Source of the DNA: Polyangiaceae bacterium
GTDB taxonomy: Bacteria; Myxococcota_A; Polyangia; Polyangiales; Polyangiaceae
Direction of reading: 5' to 3'
Length of the DNA stretch: 64,000 bases
NCBI GenBank assembly: GCA_965222375.1
Contig: CBDCTZ010000014.1
Span: forward strand, 480,001-544,000
This document shows, piece by piece, positions 30,839 through 39,984 of this stretch. Positions within the stretch are counted from its first letter, which is position 1, and each line of letters starts with the position of its first letter. Below the pieces are notes generated by a model. That model saw only the letters and a program-made list of their open reading frames with translations, was not told the origin of the DNA and made no database searches. A program made the translations under genes and the position numbers.

Positions 30839-30880
30839 GACATCTGTTGGCGCAGATGTCAGTCGTCACCGAGTCGTCAC
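30839..30880. promoter_or_regulatory. 8-bp dyad plus 11-bp-period direct repeat (PHO-box-like)
   Basis: GACATCTG-N6-CAGATGTC at 30839-30860; AGTCGTCAC at 30861 and 30872. Confidence 0.45.
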
Positions 30881-31212
30881 AGATCGAGATGGCGGGCTCG
30901 CTAGTGGGCGTGCACCCGTGCGGTACTAGCTTGCGGCGATCCGGGGCAGGGCGCCCAGCTCAGGCCCCCAGAGAGCTCGGCGTACCGCGTGGGCCTGGGC
31001 GAGAGTAGCGCCCGAGCGCCGGTCCAGGGATGCGACCCCCAAACCTACCGAAGGACCCGGTGAGCCACTGCCGCGAGCAGCGCGGAATCGAGCGGGCGGA
31101 TCGAATCGCAGGTGGCTTGCCGGCAGCCGCTGGCCTCGAGGCTAAGGTCGGGTCAACTGGACCAGGGCTGGGCGAAATCCGCGCTTTGGCTGCTGAGATT
31201 GACCAATGCCGC

Positions 31213-31240
31213 TTGACACCTGCTGAGAAAATGAAAGCTT
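31213..31240 (+). promoter_or_regulatory. Promoter of tRNA-Cys
   Basis: TTGACA, then TG-n-AAGCTT, ending 11 nt before the tRNA. Confidence 0.5.
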
Positions 31241-31251
31241 CTCGCTCCTTC

Positions 31252-31323
31252 GGCGCGGTAGCCAAGTGGTTAGGCAACGGTTTGCAAAACCGTCATACGT
31301 CGGTTCGAATCCGATCCGCGCCT
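31252..31323 (+). tRNA. tRNA-Cys(GCA)
   Basis: Acceptor GGCGCGG/CCGCGCC, anticodon arm ACGGT-TTGCAAA-ACCGT, T-loop TTCGAAT, U73; CCA not encoded. Confidence 0.96.
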
Positions 31324-31328
31324 CCCTC

Positions 31329-31958
31329 GTGGTTCGACCTTATTTCGTAGGAGTTGCCGGGGGTACCGGTTCCGGCAAGACGACGGTCGCTCGAGCAATC
31401 GCGAAGGGCTTGCCCGATGGCACGGCTACTTTGATCGAGCACGATGCCTACTATCGTGATCGCCCGGATCTGACCTACGAGCAGCGCCGCCAACTCAACT
31501 TTGACCATCCAGATGCGCTCGAGACGCAATTGCTGATCGAGCACATCAACAAGTTGCGCGGCGGTGACGCCGTGGAACTGCCCATCTACGATTTCGCTAC
31601 CCATCGCCGGAGCGACGAGCGCCGCCGCGTGGATGCACAGCCGGTGGTGGTCGTGGAGGGCATCTTGGTGTTTGCCGACGAGCGGCTGCGCTCTCACTTC
31701 GATCTCAAGGTGTTCGTGGACACTGACGCGGACATTCGCGTATTCCGGCGCATTCGGCGCGACATCGAGCAGCGCGGTCGTACCTTCGCCTCGGTTCGCG
31801 AGCAGTACTACTCGACTGTGCGCCCGATGCACTTGCAGTTCGTCGAGCCGAGCAAGCGCTGGGCGGACGTGATCGTGCCCGAGGGTGGTGAAAACCGTGT
31901 TGCCGTGGGGTTGCTATTGTCGAAGCTGCGAGACGTCGTGGAACAAGGCTCGAGCTAG
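31329..31958 (+). CDS. udk: Uridine kinase
   Basis: GVAGGTGSGKTT, HDAYY, NFDHPDA, RRIRRD, FVEPSKRWAD. Confidence 0.95.
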   Translation: MVRPYFVGVAGGTGSGKTTVARAIAKGLPDGTATLIEHDAYYRDRPDLTYEQRRQLNFDHPDALETQLLIEHINKLRGGDAVELPIYDFATHRRSDERRRVDAQPVVVVEGILVFADERLRSHFDLKVFVDTDADIRVFRRIRRDIEQRGRTFASVREQYYSTVRPMHLQFVEPSKRWADVIVPEGGENRVAVGLLLSKLRDVVEQGSS

Positions 31959-32635
31959 CGCACGCGCTCGAGGCTCAGTAGAGCGAGTGGGGGTGCACCG
32001 GGGGAAAAGATCTGGTCATGGTTTTCGGAGATCGGCTCTGGAGGTGACTGGGCTTCGTTCTTCAGAGAAAACGCCTTGTCGTCCCTTTCCGTTCCGGCGT
32101 CGTTCATCAGCAGCCAAACCTGAACGCTTTCCTTGAAGCTGCCGTCGTCTGCAAGCAGAGGCAGGGAGTCGACGCCGACGAACCAGTCGGAGCTCGGCGC
32201 CACCATGCTCAGAACGGATAGAAACGGCCGGCTCTTGGGCACGACGACCGAGGTATGCACCACGCCGCGGGCTCCAATCCGATCCCCACACACCAGACTC
32301 GCAGTATCCCCGCGGTCACGCGCTGCCTGGTGCTCTGCGCGGAAGCGCGAAAGCTTCCCAGTCTCTGCGACTTCTTCGACCCCTGGGCTCGAAAGCTCAC
32401 CCTGCCGCCACACAGCTCGTGATTCGTTGTGCACGCTGCCCACGAGCACCGTGAAGTGGGCGTTCTTCGGCAAAGCGACGCCCTGAGCCTGAGCACTCCA
32501 ATGCCCTTCCAAGCTGATGTTGTAGCAAGCGCCATCCCCCGCAGGGCAGCTCTCGAGGGGACCCGGGTTTTCACACTCGGGCGTTTCGCCGCACCCAAGC
32601 GCCAGTAGGGCGGTTCCAATCCAAGCCGTTCGCAC
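31955..32635 (-). CDS. Spondin_N-domain lipoprotein
   Basis: Lipobox ALGC; AHFT, EEVAETG, SMVAPSSDWFVG, DAGTE. Confidence 0.85.
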   Translation of the reverse strand: MRTAWIGTALLALGCGETPECENPGPLESCPAGDGACYNISLEGHWSAQAQGVALPKNAHFTVLVGSVHNESRAVWRQGELSSPGVEEVAETGKLSRFRAEHQAARDRGDTASLVCGDRIGARGVVHTSVVVPKSRPFLSVLSMVAPSSDWFVGVDSLPLLADDGSFKESVQVWLLMNDAGTERDDKAFSLKNEAQSPPEPISENHDQIFSPGAPPLALLSLERVR

Positions 32636-32659
32636 GACGCTATCCTACGCTAGGAATCC

Positions 32660-33103
32660 TCAGCCGCCGAATCGAAACCCGGACCCGAGCTTGGGACTCG
32701 TCAACAACCGCAGAGGAACGGCGGTGAGAATCAAGGCCGCGGCGAGCATTAGCGCATGTTGGGTAGGCGCCGCGAGCAGCGGGGGGCGAAGAAAGTCCCA
32801 CAGCACCAGCAGCGGCGCTGGCGCCAGCAGGCCGGAAACCCAGGCGCGGGCGCCCACGGGTGGCATGCGCTGCCGCAGGACCACCAGGCAGAGATCCGTC
32901 AGTATCAGCGTGACCACCAGGGCAGCGGCGATGCCCGTGCCGAGGGGGAGCCAGCCCACAAGGCCCCATTTGGAGCCGCCCAGAAACACCGCCCGCAGCA
33001 GCAGCGTGAGCCACATGCCGACGATGGGGGCCGCCACGCTGGGCCACAGCCAGTTGGCTAGTTTCTTTCGCGCGAACATCTTGATGGGCATGGCTTCAGG
33101 CAA
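32660..33103 (-). CDS. Four-TM hypothetical membrane protein
   Basis: Hydrophobic ORF overlapping the upstream stop. Confidence 0.72.
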   Translation of the reverse strand: MPEAMPIKMFARKKLANWLWPSVAAPIVGMWLTLLLRAVFLGGSKWGLVGWLPLGTGIAAALVVTLILTDLCLVVLRQRMPPVGARAWVSGLLAPAPLLVLWDFLRPPLLAAPTQHALMLAAALILTAVPLRLLTSPKLGSGFRFGG

Positions 33104-33929
33104 CGTCCTTGACGATCGCGTCGCTCACGTCGTCGAGTGTAGCACCTTTGACTTGCACGTTCTCCAAACTGCCATCATCCAGGGATAGCTCCGCTGCAGT
33201 CTTGGTGTCCACCGCGGTGTACATGCGGGTCAGGCTATCCACGTGCTCCGCCAAGCGCCGGTCGACGCGCTCGGCCACTCGCTTTGCGGATTCCGACCTT
33301 GCCGTGTTCGAAAGTCGCCCTCGGGCGCGTGCCAGGCGCACGAGGTTCTTCCAGGCACGTCGGGCGTCGGTAGCGGTTTCCGAATCCAGAACGCTCTCGT
33401 CCACGTTGCGCCGCAATTCGGCGCCAGCCTGCAGCGTCGTTTTCGCTGGCTCGGCCACGTCCCGTCCAACCTCATCCAAAGCGAAGGCTATCGGGTCGTC
33501 TGCCGGAACCAAAAGCGGTGAGAGGGACAAGACCGCGCACAGCATGACGACGACTCCCCGCACCATGAGGTCGGCGCCCCCAAAGCGCGTGCTCAAATAG
33601 CCGGCGACTGCGCCTGCGCAAAGTGCGATCAGGCCGTGAACGATGCGAGAGTCCCGACCCTGGACGCGCCAGGTCCGCTCAGCGAACGCCGCGAAGAGCA
33701 GTGCGGCTCCCGCAAGGGCTGGCCCAGTATTGGCCAGCACGCCGCTTGCGAAAGCCCCGAGAGCTCCGGCGGTGACCGCAAGCACACTTGGCGTGAAGCT
33801 GGCAGCCAGGGCGAGCAACACGCCAAGCAGAACCGCAGCTCCCGCGCCCACTACGACGCCCAAGCGACCAGATAGGGGCATGAAGCCAAATGCCGCGCCC
33901 GCGGCAACCATCAGTGAAACGCTTCGCAT
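33096..33929 (-). CDS. Multi-TM protein with C-terminal helical domain
   Basis: Gly/Ala-rich TM half plus charged helical tail; AGGAG SD. Confidence 0.75.
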   Translation of the reverse strand: MRSVSLMVAAGAAFGFMPLSGRLGVVVGAGAAVLLGVLLALAASFTPSVLAVTAGALGAFASGVLANTGPALAGAALLFAAFAERTWRVQGRDSRIVHGLIALCAGAVAGYLSTRFGGADLMVRGVVVMLCAVLSLSPLLVPADDPIAFALDEVGRDVAEPAKTTLQAGAELRRNVDESVLDSETATDARRAWKNLVRLARARGRLSNTARSESAKRVAERVDRRLAEHVDSLTRMYTAVDTKTAAELSLDDGSLENVQVKGATLDDVSDAIVKDVA

Positions 33930-33947
33930 GACTCGTGGCTCCTGTTC

Positions 33948-35375
33948 CTAGAAAGCCTTGCGGCCGATGTTTTTCGAATGTGCCTGCGCGGAGGCCTTGC
34001 CCGCGCTCTTGGCCTCGGCGGATTTCGGGCGTGCTGCGCGAAACGCAGCCTTGGACTTCTTCACCGCAGCGTGTTGCTTGCGCAGGGAGGCCTGCTCTTC
34101 TTTCGGTGCTGCTGCGGCAGCGATCTCCAACTCGCTCAGGCTCTGGTCCATGAGTGCTTCGGCCTTGTCCGTCTCTCCTTCGGCATAAGCTTGGGTTGCC
34201 GCCAGCTGGCGCAGGGACGCCAGCGCGCTGGTGGCTCCGGCAACGACCTTGGGATCGCGGCTAGCCAGGACGCGGTCCCGGTCTCGTTCGCCGGTCAGGG
34301 TCAGATCAGGCACCTGGATCTTTGCGCTACTGCCCCCAATGCGCCGCCAGGACAGCCAGCTCCCGAGCTCGAGCGCCTCGCCGTGCTCCGCATCGGCGCG
34401 AAACTCGACGATGATGCGCCGCTCGTCTCTGGCGAATAGCGAACCAAGGGCCAGGTTGATCTCGCCGTCGTCTCGACTTAGCACTTCGGCACCGACGGCC
34501 CGCACGAACTCCAGCCCGGGTGGGAGGCGAAAGTGGGCACGGGCGTCATCGACCACGGTATTGGCGGTTTCGTCCAGTTCGCGGGTCAGGAAGCGGGCGA
34601 GAGCACCCGGGTTTTCCACGAATCCGAAGTTCCCCCGGCCCGCGCCCGCGACGGCAGACATGTAGCTCTCGTCAAAGTCGAGCCCGATACCCAGCGCGGA
34701 CACCGTGGTCGATGTGGAAGCGCCCTGTCGTGCCAGCCGTTCGGCTTGGGCTCGAGAGCTGTCCAAGCCATCGCTGACTAGAACGACTCGCCGTACCCGC
34801 CCTGGGGCCGCGCGGGAAACCTCGTCCATGCCTCGGCTGAGCGCTGGCGGGATGTTGGTGCCGCCTCCTGCGGTGATGGCCGAGATCCGCCGAAGCAGCT
34901 CTTGTCGCATCTCGCCGACTCGTCCAAGTTTTTGCAGGACCTCGTTGTTCGAGTCGTAGCGGATGAACGCGACCTCATCCTGATCCCGCATGCGGCGGAT
35001 CAGCTGGGCGACACTGCGCTTGGACCGTTCGATCTTTTCTCCAGACATCGACCCAGAGGTGTCGAAGACGATCGCCAGGGACAGAGGCGCGCGCTCTGTC
35101 GCGGCGCGGAGGTCGTCGGCTTTTAGTGAAAGCTCGGCGTAGACCGTGCTCCCCGCCGCGGCGTGCACTCGGCTCTGACTCAGCTGCAACGTGCCGGTCG
35201 CCCCTGGACCCCGGAAGGACGCGGCATTTTCACCATCCAGGGAGCCGAATTGGTAGGCGCTGCCCACTGCGGGCGCACGTGTCAGGACCAGACCCCCTAG
35301 GGCAACGGCGACAGTACTGGCGGCGAGGCCGCGTCTGGCTCGCTGGGAGCTCAACAAACGACGGACGAAGGACAT
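33948..35375 (-). CDS. VWA-domain protein (YfbK-like) with N-terminal anchor
   Basis: MIDAS DTSGSM, GGTNI, LVSDG. Confidence 0.88.
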   Translation of the reverse strand: MSFVRRLLSSQRARRGLAASTVAVALGGLVLTRAPAVGSAYQFGSLDGENAASFRGPGATGTLQLSQSRVHAAAGSTVYAELSLKADDLRAATERAPLSLAIVFDTSGSMSGEKIERSKRSVAQLIRRMRDQDEVAFIRYDSNNEVLQKLGRVGEMRQELLRRISAITAGGGTNIPPALSRGMDEVSRAAPGRVRRVVLVSDGLDSSRAQAERLARQGASTSTTVSALGIGLDFDESYMSAVAGAGRGNFGFVENPGALARFLTRELDETANTVVDDARAHFRLPPGLEFVRAVGAEVLSRDDGEINLALGSLFARDERRIIVEFRADAEHGEALELGSWLSWRRIGGSSAKIQVPDLTLTGERDRDRVLASRDPKVVAGATSALASLRQLAATQAYAEGETDKAEALMDQSLSELEIAAAAAPKEEQASLRKQHAAVKKSKAAFRAARPKSAEAKSAGKASAQAHSKNIGRKAF

Positions 35376-35482
35376 GGCGGGATCTCCTGGAGGCAAACTC
35401 CCGCCCGGACGGCGAAAGGCCAGTCACGTCAGCGGCAGTTTTTCGGCTCAGTGCCCACTACGTGTGGCTTCCGCCGAAGATC

Positions 35483-36283
35483 TCAGCGGCGGTAAACTGG
35501 CTGGGTCAAATCAGCCTCGCCGGAACCAAAAGGCACCCGGAAGATCAGCTCCGTGGCTGCCGTCGGTGAACCTGGGTAACCCCGCGCGATGATCTCGTAT
35601 TGCCGGGCCTTTTGGTCCGTCACCAGCTCGTATTGGAAGCGGATGGGACCTGCTGCCGCAAAGCCGGCGCAGCGCCAGCCGTCTGTCATCCAGTCTGAGG
35701 CTTTGGTTTCTACAGGCCCTTCGGCGAGTGCCTCGAGAGACTTCGGAGTTGGTGGCGCGCTCGGGCACACGCCTGAGGGCTGTCGGGACAAGGCGCTCGC
35801 AAGTCCCACCCCGATGCGTTTGAGGGTTTGCAGCGCCTCAATCTCGATGGTCTTCGCTCGGTAGGTTTCGAGATCGCGGATCAGCAACGCCGCACACTTG
35901 GCTACGTCCACGTTTTTCGCCTTGGGAGGGTTTCGGAGCACCTTCAAGGCAAGATCGATGGCGCTGCCTTTGGCATTCTGCTTCTTGGCCTGGCGTTCGA
36001 TCGCCGCCAGCAGAGGCTTGCACTGGGTCTTGGCGTAGACCTGTTCCTTTTTGGACAGAGGCGAAACCCCCGGTGGAGGCACCTGTCGCGCAGGCCGTTC
36101 CTCTGTCACCGCTGCGCCGTTCGGCTTCGGCGCCATGGCTTTTGGCTCCGCGGGGTCCGCGTCCGCCTCGCTGGGCGCGCCGCTGGCGCTGGACTGGGCG
36201 CGCGCCGGGGACTCCGCGGGGTCCGGTCCGGGGCTGGCAGCGCAGCTGAACAGCAAGACGCTCAGCAGCGCCGCGACTCTCAT
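35483..36283 (-). CDS. Lipoprotein with C-terminal pilin-head-like domain
   Basis: Lipobox LFSC; IEALQTLKRI...CPSAPPTP...DW...GWRC...FQYE...IIARG. The pilin resemblance is an inference. Confidence 0.6.
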   Translation of the reverse strand: MRVAALLSVLLFSCAASPGPDPAESPARAQSSASGAPSEADADPAEPKAMAPKPNGAAVTEERPARQVPPPGVSPLSKKEQVYAKTQCKPLLAAIERQAKKQNAKGSAIDLALKVLRNPPKAKNVDVAKCAALLIRDLETYRAKTIEIEALQTLKRIGVGLASALSRQPSGVCPSAPPTPKSLEALAEGPVETKASDWMTDGWRCAGFAAAGPIRFQYELVTDQKARQYEIIARGYPGSPTAATELIFRVPFGSGEADLTQPVYRR

Positions 36284-36774
36284 CGCAGGAACGGAAACGT
36301 CCCGCGTGCGGCCTGAAGTACGGCCATCCGAGGCACGCTACCCGTTTCATCCACGGGGTAGTTGTCGCTGCGGATGCCCAGGGAACGAATCGCCGTCACA
36401 TCCGCTTCACCTCGTACGCGATAGCTGATGCGATCGCTCATGGCGGTTTCACCCATTAGCGGCACGACCAAGGTCCACGGAATGATCACCGGCGCCCGCA
36501 CGATGGTCGTTCCGTCAGCAGGCAGCCATTGGTTCGGGCTGTAGGAGACCGGTGGCAACGTCCAGCGGCCTGCCATCGTGGTCTGCACTCGGACATTGCG
36601 AACCTGAACGTCGAAGCTGTTCTGGTTGTTAACCCGCAGGAACACCTCCATGCCAATCCCAGCTGGGCCTGCCGTGCGCACCTCCGCGTGGTGCAGCTCC
36701 ATCTTGGGCTTGGAGACGCAGCTGGGCAGGAGCAGCAGAGACGCGCCGCCGGTCAAGAATGAGCGCCGTTGCAT
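36280..36774 (-). CDS. LEA type-2 / WHy domain Tat-lipoprotein
   Basis: MQRRSFL twin-arginine motif, LPSC, LRVNNQNSFDV. Confidence 0.75.
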   Translation of the reverse strand: MQRRSFLTGGASLLLLPSCVSKPKMELHHAEVRTAGPAGIGMEVFLRVNNQNSFDVQVRNVRVQTTMAGRWTLPPVSYSPNQWLPADGTTIVRAPVIIPWTLVVPLMGETAMSDRISYRVRGEADVTAIRSLGIRSDNYPVDETGSVPRMAVLQAARGTFPFLR

Positions 36775-36896
36775 GCGCCACAACCTAGTGGAAAAACGGG
36801 CGAGACGCTCGCTGGGATTGCAACGGTGGGTAAACTCCCATGCTTCCGCCGCTCTCGCCTTGCTGACCACGACAAACGGCGTATAACCCCGCCGCA

Positions 36897-37406
36897 ATGG
36901 CCATGGCACTTCCGTCCCTGCTTCGGGACATCAACTCCACGGACTTCAACGTCATTCAGCGGGCGTGGAACGCGCTGGGCGCAGTGCCCGGGGGCAAGGC
37001 GGCGTTTTCCCGCTTGGTGGGACTGGCGGCGCCCTACACGGGCACGATCAAGGCGCAGGTGCTCGAATTGGAGCGGGGCCGCTCCGTGGTCATGCTGCGA
37101 GACCGGCGCGGGGTGCGCAATCACTTGCAGTCCGTGCACGCTGTGGCGCTTGCCAATCTGATCGAGTTGACCGGAAACGTCGCCCTTGCGTATTCCCTGC
37201 CCAACGATGCCCGCTTTATCGTCAAGGCGATGAACATCGAGTACTTGAAGAAGGCTCGGGGCACTTTGACCGCGCGGTGCAATTGCCCGGTGCCGGAAAA
37301 CAGCGCGCGTCAGGAACTCGAAGTGATCGTCGAGGTGTTCGACCGCTCTGGAGACGTGGTGACTCGGGGTACCTTGATCAGCCTGGTGGGGCCCAAGCGC
37401 GACTGA
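36897..37406 (+). CDS. Hotdog-fold thioesterase (DUF4442/PaaI-like)
   Basis: APYTGTI, RNHLQSVHAVAL, IEYLKKARG. Confidence 0.85.
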   Translation: MAMALPSLLRDINSTDFNVIQRAWNALGAVPGGKAAFSRLVGLAAPYTGTIKAQVLELERGRSVVMLRDRRGVRNHLQSVHAVALANLIELTGNVALAYSLPNDARFIVKAMNIEYLKKARGTLTARCNCPVPENSARQELEVIVEVFDRSGDVVTRGTLISLVGPKRD

Positions 37407-37438
37407 CCCGCTGACCCAAGGCAGTGCGGCTCGACGCG

Positions 37439-38569
37439 CTACTGCGGCACGTTGATCGTTGCGCAACCGAACTCGACGTCGATCTTGCCGGTCGGATCTG
37501 CCTGAATCGTCTGGCAAGTGCTGTCGCAGACCAACACGGTGGTCGGGTTGTTCTCGTCGTCGTAGTACCACCCACCGCTGGGACCGCAATTCGCCTTCGA
37601 AGGCACCTTGTAGATGGGCTGCTTCGTACCGCCACCCGGGGTGTACTGCACGTTGACTTGACCTTTGTTGAAGGTCTGTCCCGCGGGCGGCGGCGGAATG
37701 CTCCAACCGCAGTCCAGCTTGGCCGAGCCAATGATGCCGTTGGCGAGCTGGCTGAATACCGGCGCGAAGTTCTGCAGACACAGGTCGCTGGCCACACCGC
37801 CCGTCTGGGTCACCAGGTTCTTGTAAACGGCTCCAGGTTTGGCAGCGCTGGGGCAATCCGTGAAGCTGAAGATGCCGTAGACCTTCCACTGATTCGGCTT
37901 CACCAGCGTGGGGTCCAGGCCGTTGACGGCTTTCGTGAAGTCCGCGGCAGACATCGCCGAATTGTCGTCTGTCACGATGGTGAAGATCTTGACCGAGTTG
38001 TGGCGCAGGATCCCTTTCCAGTCGGGGTACCGCTGAATAATCAATTGCAGGGAGTTGGTGCTCGCCACGGTTTGAAAGATGTGGGCGAACGTCGGCAGTT
38101 TGCTGTCGTTGGGGCAACTGCCTGAGCCTAGCGGTGCGGCGATGCAGATGCCGTCGTCGGGAAGGCCCGGAAACTTCGGCGGCTCGTACTGCTCGGCAAT
38201 CAGTGCAATGCGAATGTCTACGCCCGCGGCGACGATTCCCTGGGAGAACTTGTTCATGTTGTCTCGCACGGCCTGGGTTTCGAAGGCCATGCTGCCGGAC
38301 GTGTCGATGGTCCAAATCACGTCTGCGGGCAGCACAGCATTGTTGGCTTCCTGCGAAACGCCGGCGCACTCGCCGCCGAAGTTCCCGCTGCCACCGTTTC
38401 CGCCACCGCCCAAACCGATGGCGGCGCCGTTACCGCCCGTGCCGGTACCCGCGCCGGTGGCACCGGTGGCGCCCGCGCCACTCCCGTTCCCGCCGCTGCC
38501 GGATGGATCACTCGCCGCCGAGCAACCCAGGAGAATCATCGAAAACACCCATGCGGCCCGCATACCCAT
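37439..38569 (-). CDS. Gly-rich VWA-domain lipoprotein
   Basis: Lipobox LLGC, DTSGSM, VTDD, C-terminal GGWYYD...C...C domain. Confidence 0.82.
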   Translation of the reverse strand: MGMRAAWVFSMILLGCSAASDPSGSGGNGSGAGATGATGAGTGTGGNGAAIGLGGGGNGGSGNFGGECAGVSQEANNAVLPADVIWTIDTSGSMAFETQAVRDNMNKFSQGIVAAGVDIRIALIAEQYEPPKFPGLPDDGICIAAPLGSGSCPNDSKLPTFAHIFQTVASTNSLQLIIQRYPDWKGILRHNSVKIFTIVTDDNSAMSAADFTKAVNGLDPTLVKPNQWKVYGIFSFTDCPSAAKPGAVYKNLVTQTGGVASDLCLQNFAPVFSQLANGIIGSAKLDCGWSIPPPPAGQTFNKGQVNVQYTPGGGTKQPIYKVPSKANCGPSGGWYYDDENNPTTVLVCDSTCQTIQADPTGKIDVEFGCATINVPQ

Positions 38570-38723
38570 GGCCGGAGATTTACCTCGAACCGGCTCGGGA
38601 TGCATGTCGAGAGTCGAAACATCTCCCGTGCCCGACGTCCGCACGCGACACACTCGTGGATCACGTACCTGGCCCAGCGTAGACTGATGGGAGCGCTTTG
38701 TCGCAGCGCGTCAACCTGGCTGA

Positions 38724-39968
38724 ATGTCCGCACCGCCATCCCGTTCTGTTCCACCGGATTGTCCCGTGCGCATCGGCGATCTGATTGCCGACAAGTACGT
38801 GGTGCACTCGTTCGTCGCCACCGGGCGACGCAGCGTCGTGCTGTCGGCGCGCCACGAAAAGCTGGGTAATCAGGTGGCCGTCAAGGTGCTGACCTCGAGT
38901 GAGCTTCTGGATCGGCCGGGCTGTGTCGAAGCGTTCGTTCGCGACGCGCGAGCCGCGGCTGGGCTGCAGAGCGAGCATGTCGTGCAAGTCTTCGACGTTG
39001 GAAAGGGGCCGAAGGGCGCGGCCTACATGGTGATGGAGTTCTTGCGTGGCGTGGACCTCCTCAGCCGCTTGGAGGCCAAAGGGCCACTCAGCAGCGAACG
39101 CGCCTGTCTCTACGTGGCTCAGGCCTGCGACGCCGTAAGCCACGCCCACGAATTGGGTCTGATTCACGGGGACCTACGACCCTCGAACTTGTTTCTCGCC
39201 GAACGCAGTGAAGGCGCGAGTATCGCCAAGGTGCTGAACTTCGGCGTGCCGAATTCGGAGCTGGGGGAGGCCGCAGGCTACCGATCACCTGAGCAGGTTC
39301 GCGATGCGGACACCGCGGACCCGCGCGGGGACGTCTGGGCTCTCGGCGTGACCCTGCACCAACTAATCGTCGGCACGCTTCCCTTTTCAGGTGACAGTCC
39401 TGCGCAGCTGGCTTCAGTCATCGCCGACGATCCTCCCGAGCCGCTCAGCGAAGAACGGGTTCCTGAAGGGCTACGAGCGATCATCGTCAAGTGCCTGGAG
39501 AAGCGTCTGCAGGATCGCTTCCAAAGCGTGGCGGAGCTGGCAGTTCAACTCCTGCCTTTCGCGGGACTGCAGGGCTCGGAGCTTGCTCGGGTCCGGAACT
39601 CGCTGCCCATTGCCAGCGCGCCCGACGTAGACCATCTGGACTTTCCCAGTCCCGACAGTCATGCAATGCCGCGCGGTCGCTTCGGAACGGGTGGCGTAGG
39701 CAAGTTCAGTAGTGTTCGGCCACAGGTCGTCAGCTACCGTCGGTTGCTCGAAAACAAGACCGCACTGCGCGCGGCGCCGGTGGGGGTCGGCATCGACAGC
39801 GACGCGCCCTTTCAAGAGAGCTTGGTTCAGCGACTCGGCGGACCGCGGGTCACGGCGGTTGTGGCCGTGCTGGCGCTGATCTTCGTTGGCCTAATGTTGC
39901 TGGCGCTGAGCGACCAATTGCGCTCGAAAGCCGAGAGTAGTGCTCCAACACCAGCTGCGTCGCCCTAG
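38724..39968 (+). CDS. Membrane Ser/Thr kinase-like protein, degenerate (pseudokinase candidate)
   Basis: VAVK, HGDLRPSN, NFG in place of DFG, no Gly loop, C-terminal TM. Confidence 0.8.
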   Translation: MSAPPSRSVPPDCPVRIGDLIADKYVVHSFVATGRRSVVLSARHEKLGNQVAVKVLTSSELLDRPGCVEAFVRDARAAAGLQSEHVVQVFDVGKGPKGAAYMVMEFLRGVDLLSRLEAKGPLSSERACLYVAQACDAVSHAHELGLIHGDLRPSNLFLAERSEGASIAKVLNFGVPNSELGEAAGYRSPEQVRDADTADPRGDVWALGVTLHQLIVGTLPFSGDSPAQLASVIADDPPEPLSEERVPEGLRAIIVKCLEKRLQDRFQSVAELAVQLLPFAGLQGSELARVRNSLPIASAPDVDHLDFPSPDSHAMPRGRFGTGGVGKFSSVRPQVVSYRRLLENKTALRAAPVGVGIDSDAPFQESLVQRLGGPRVTAVVAVLALIFVGLMLLALSDQLRSKAESSAPTPAASP

Positions 39969-39984
39969 CGCGCTCGGACGATGG

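Noticed and set aside
36753..38369. 538-aa Arg-rich minus ORF and similar long alternative ORFs (3377..5230, 58312..59379)
   Set aside because: Typical high-GC off-frame or antisense ORFs overlapping better-supported genes.
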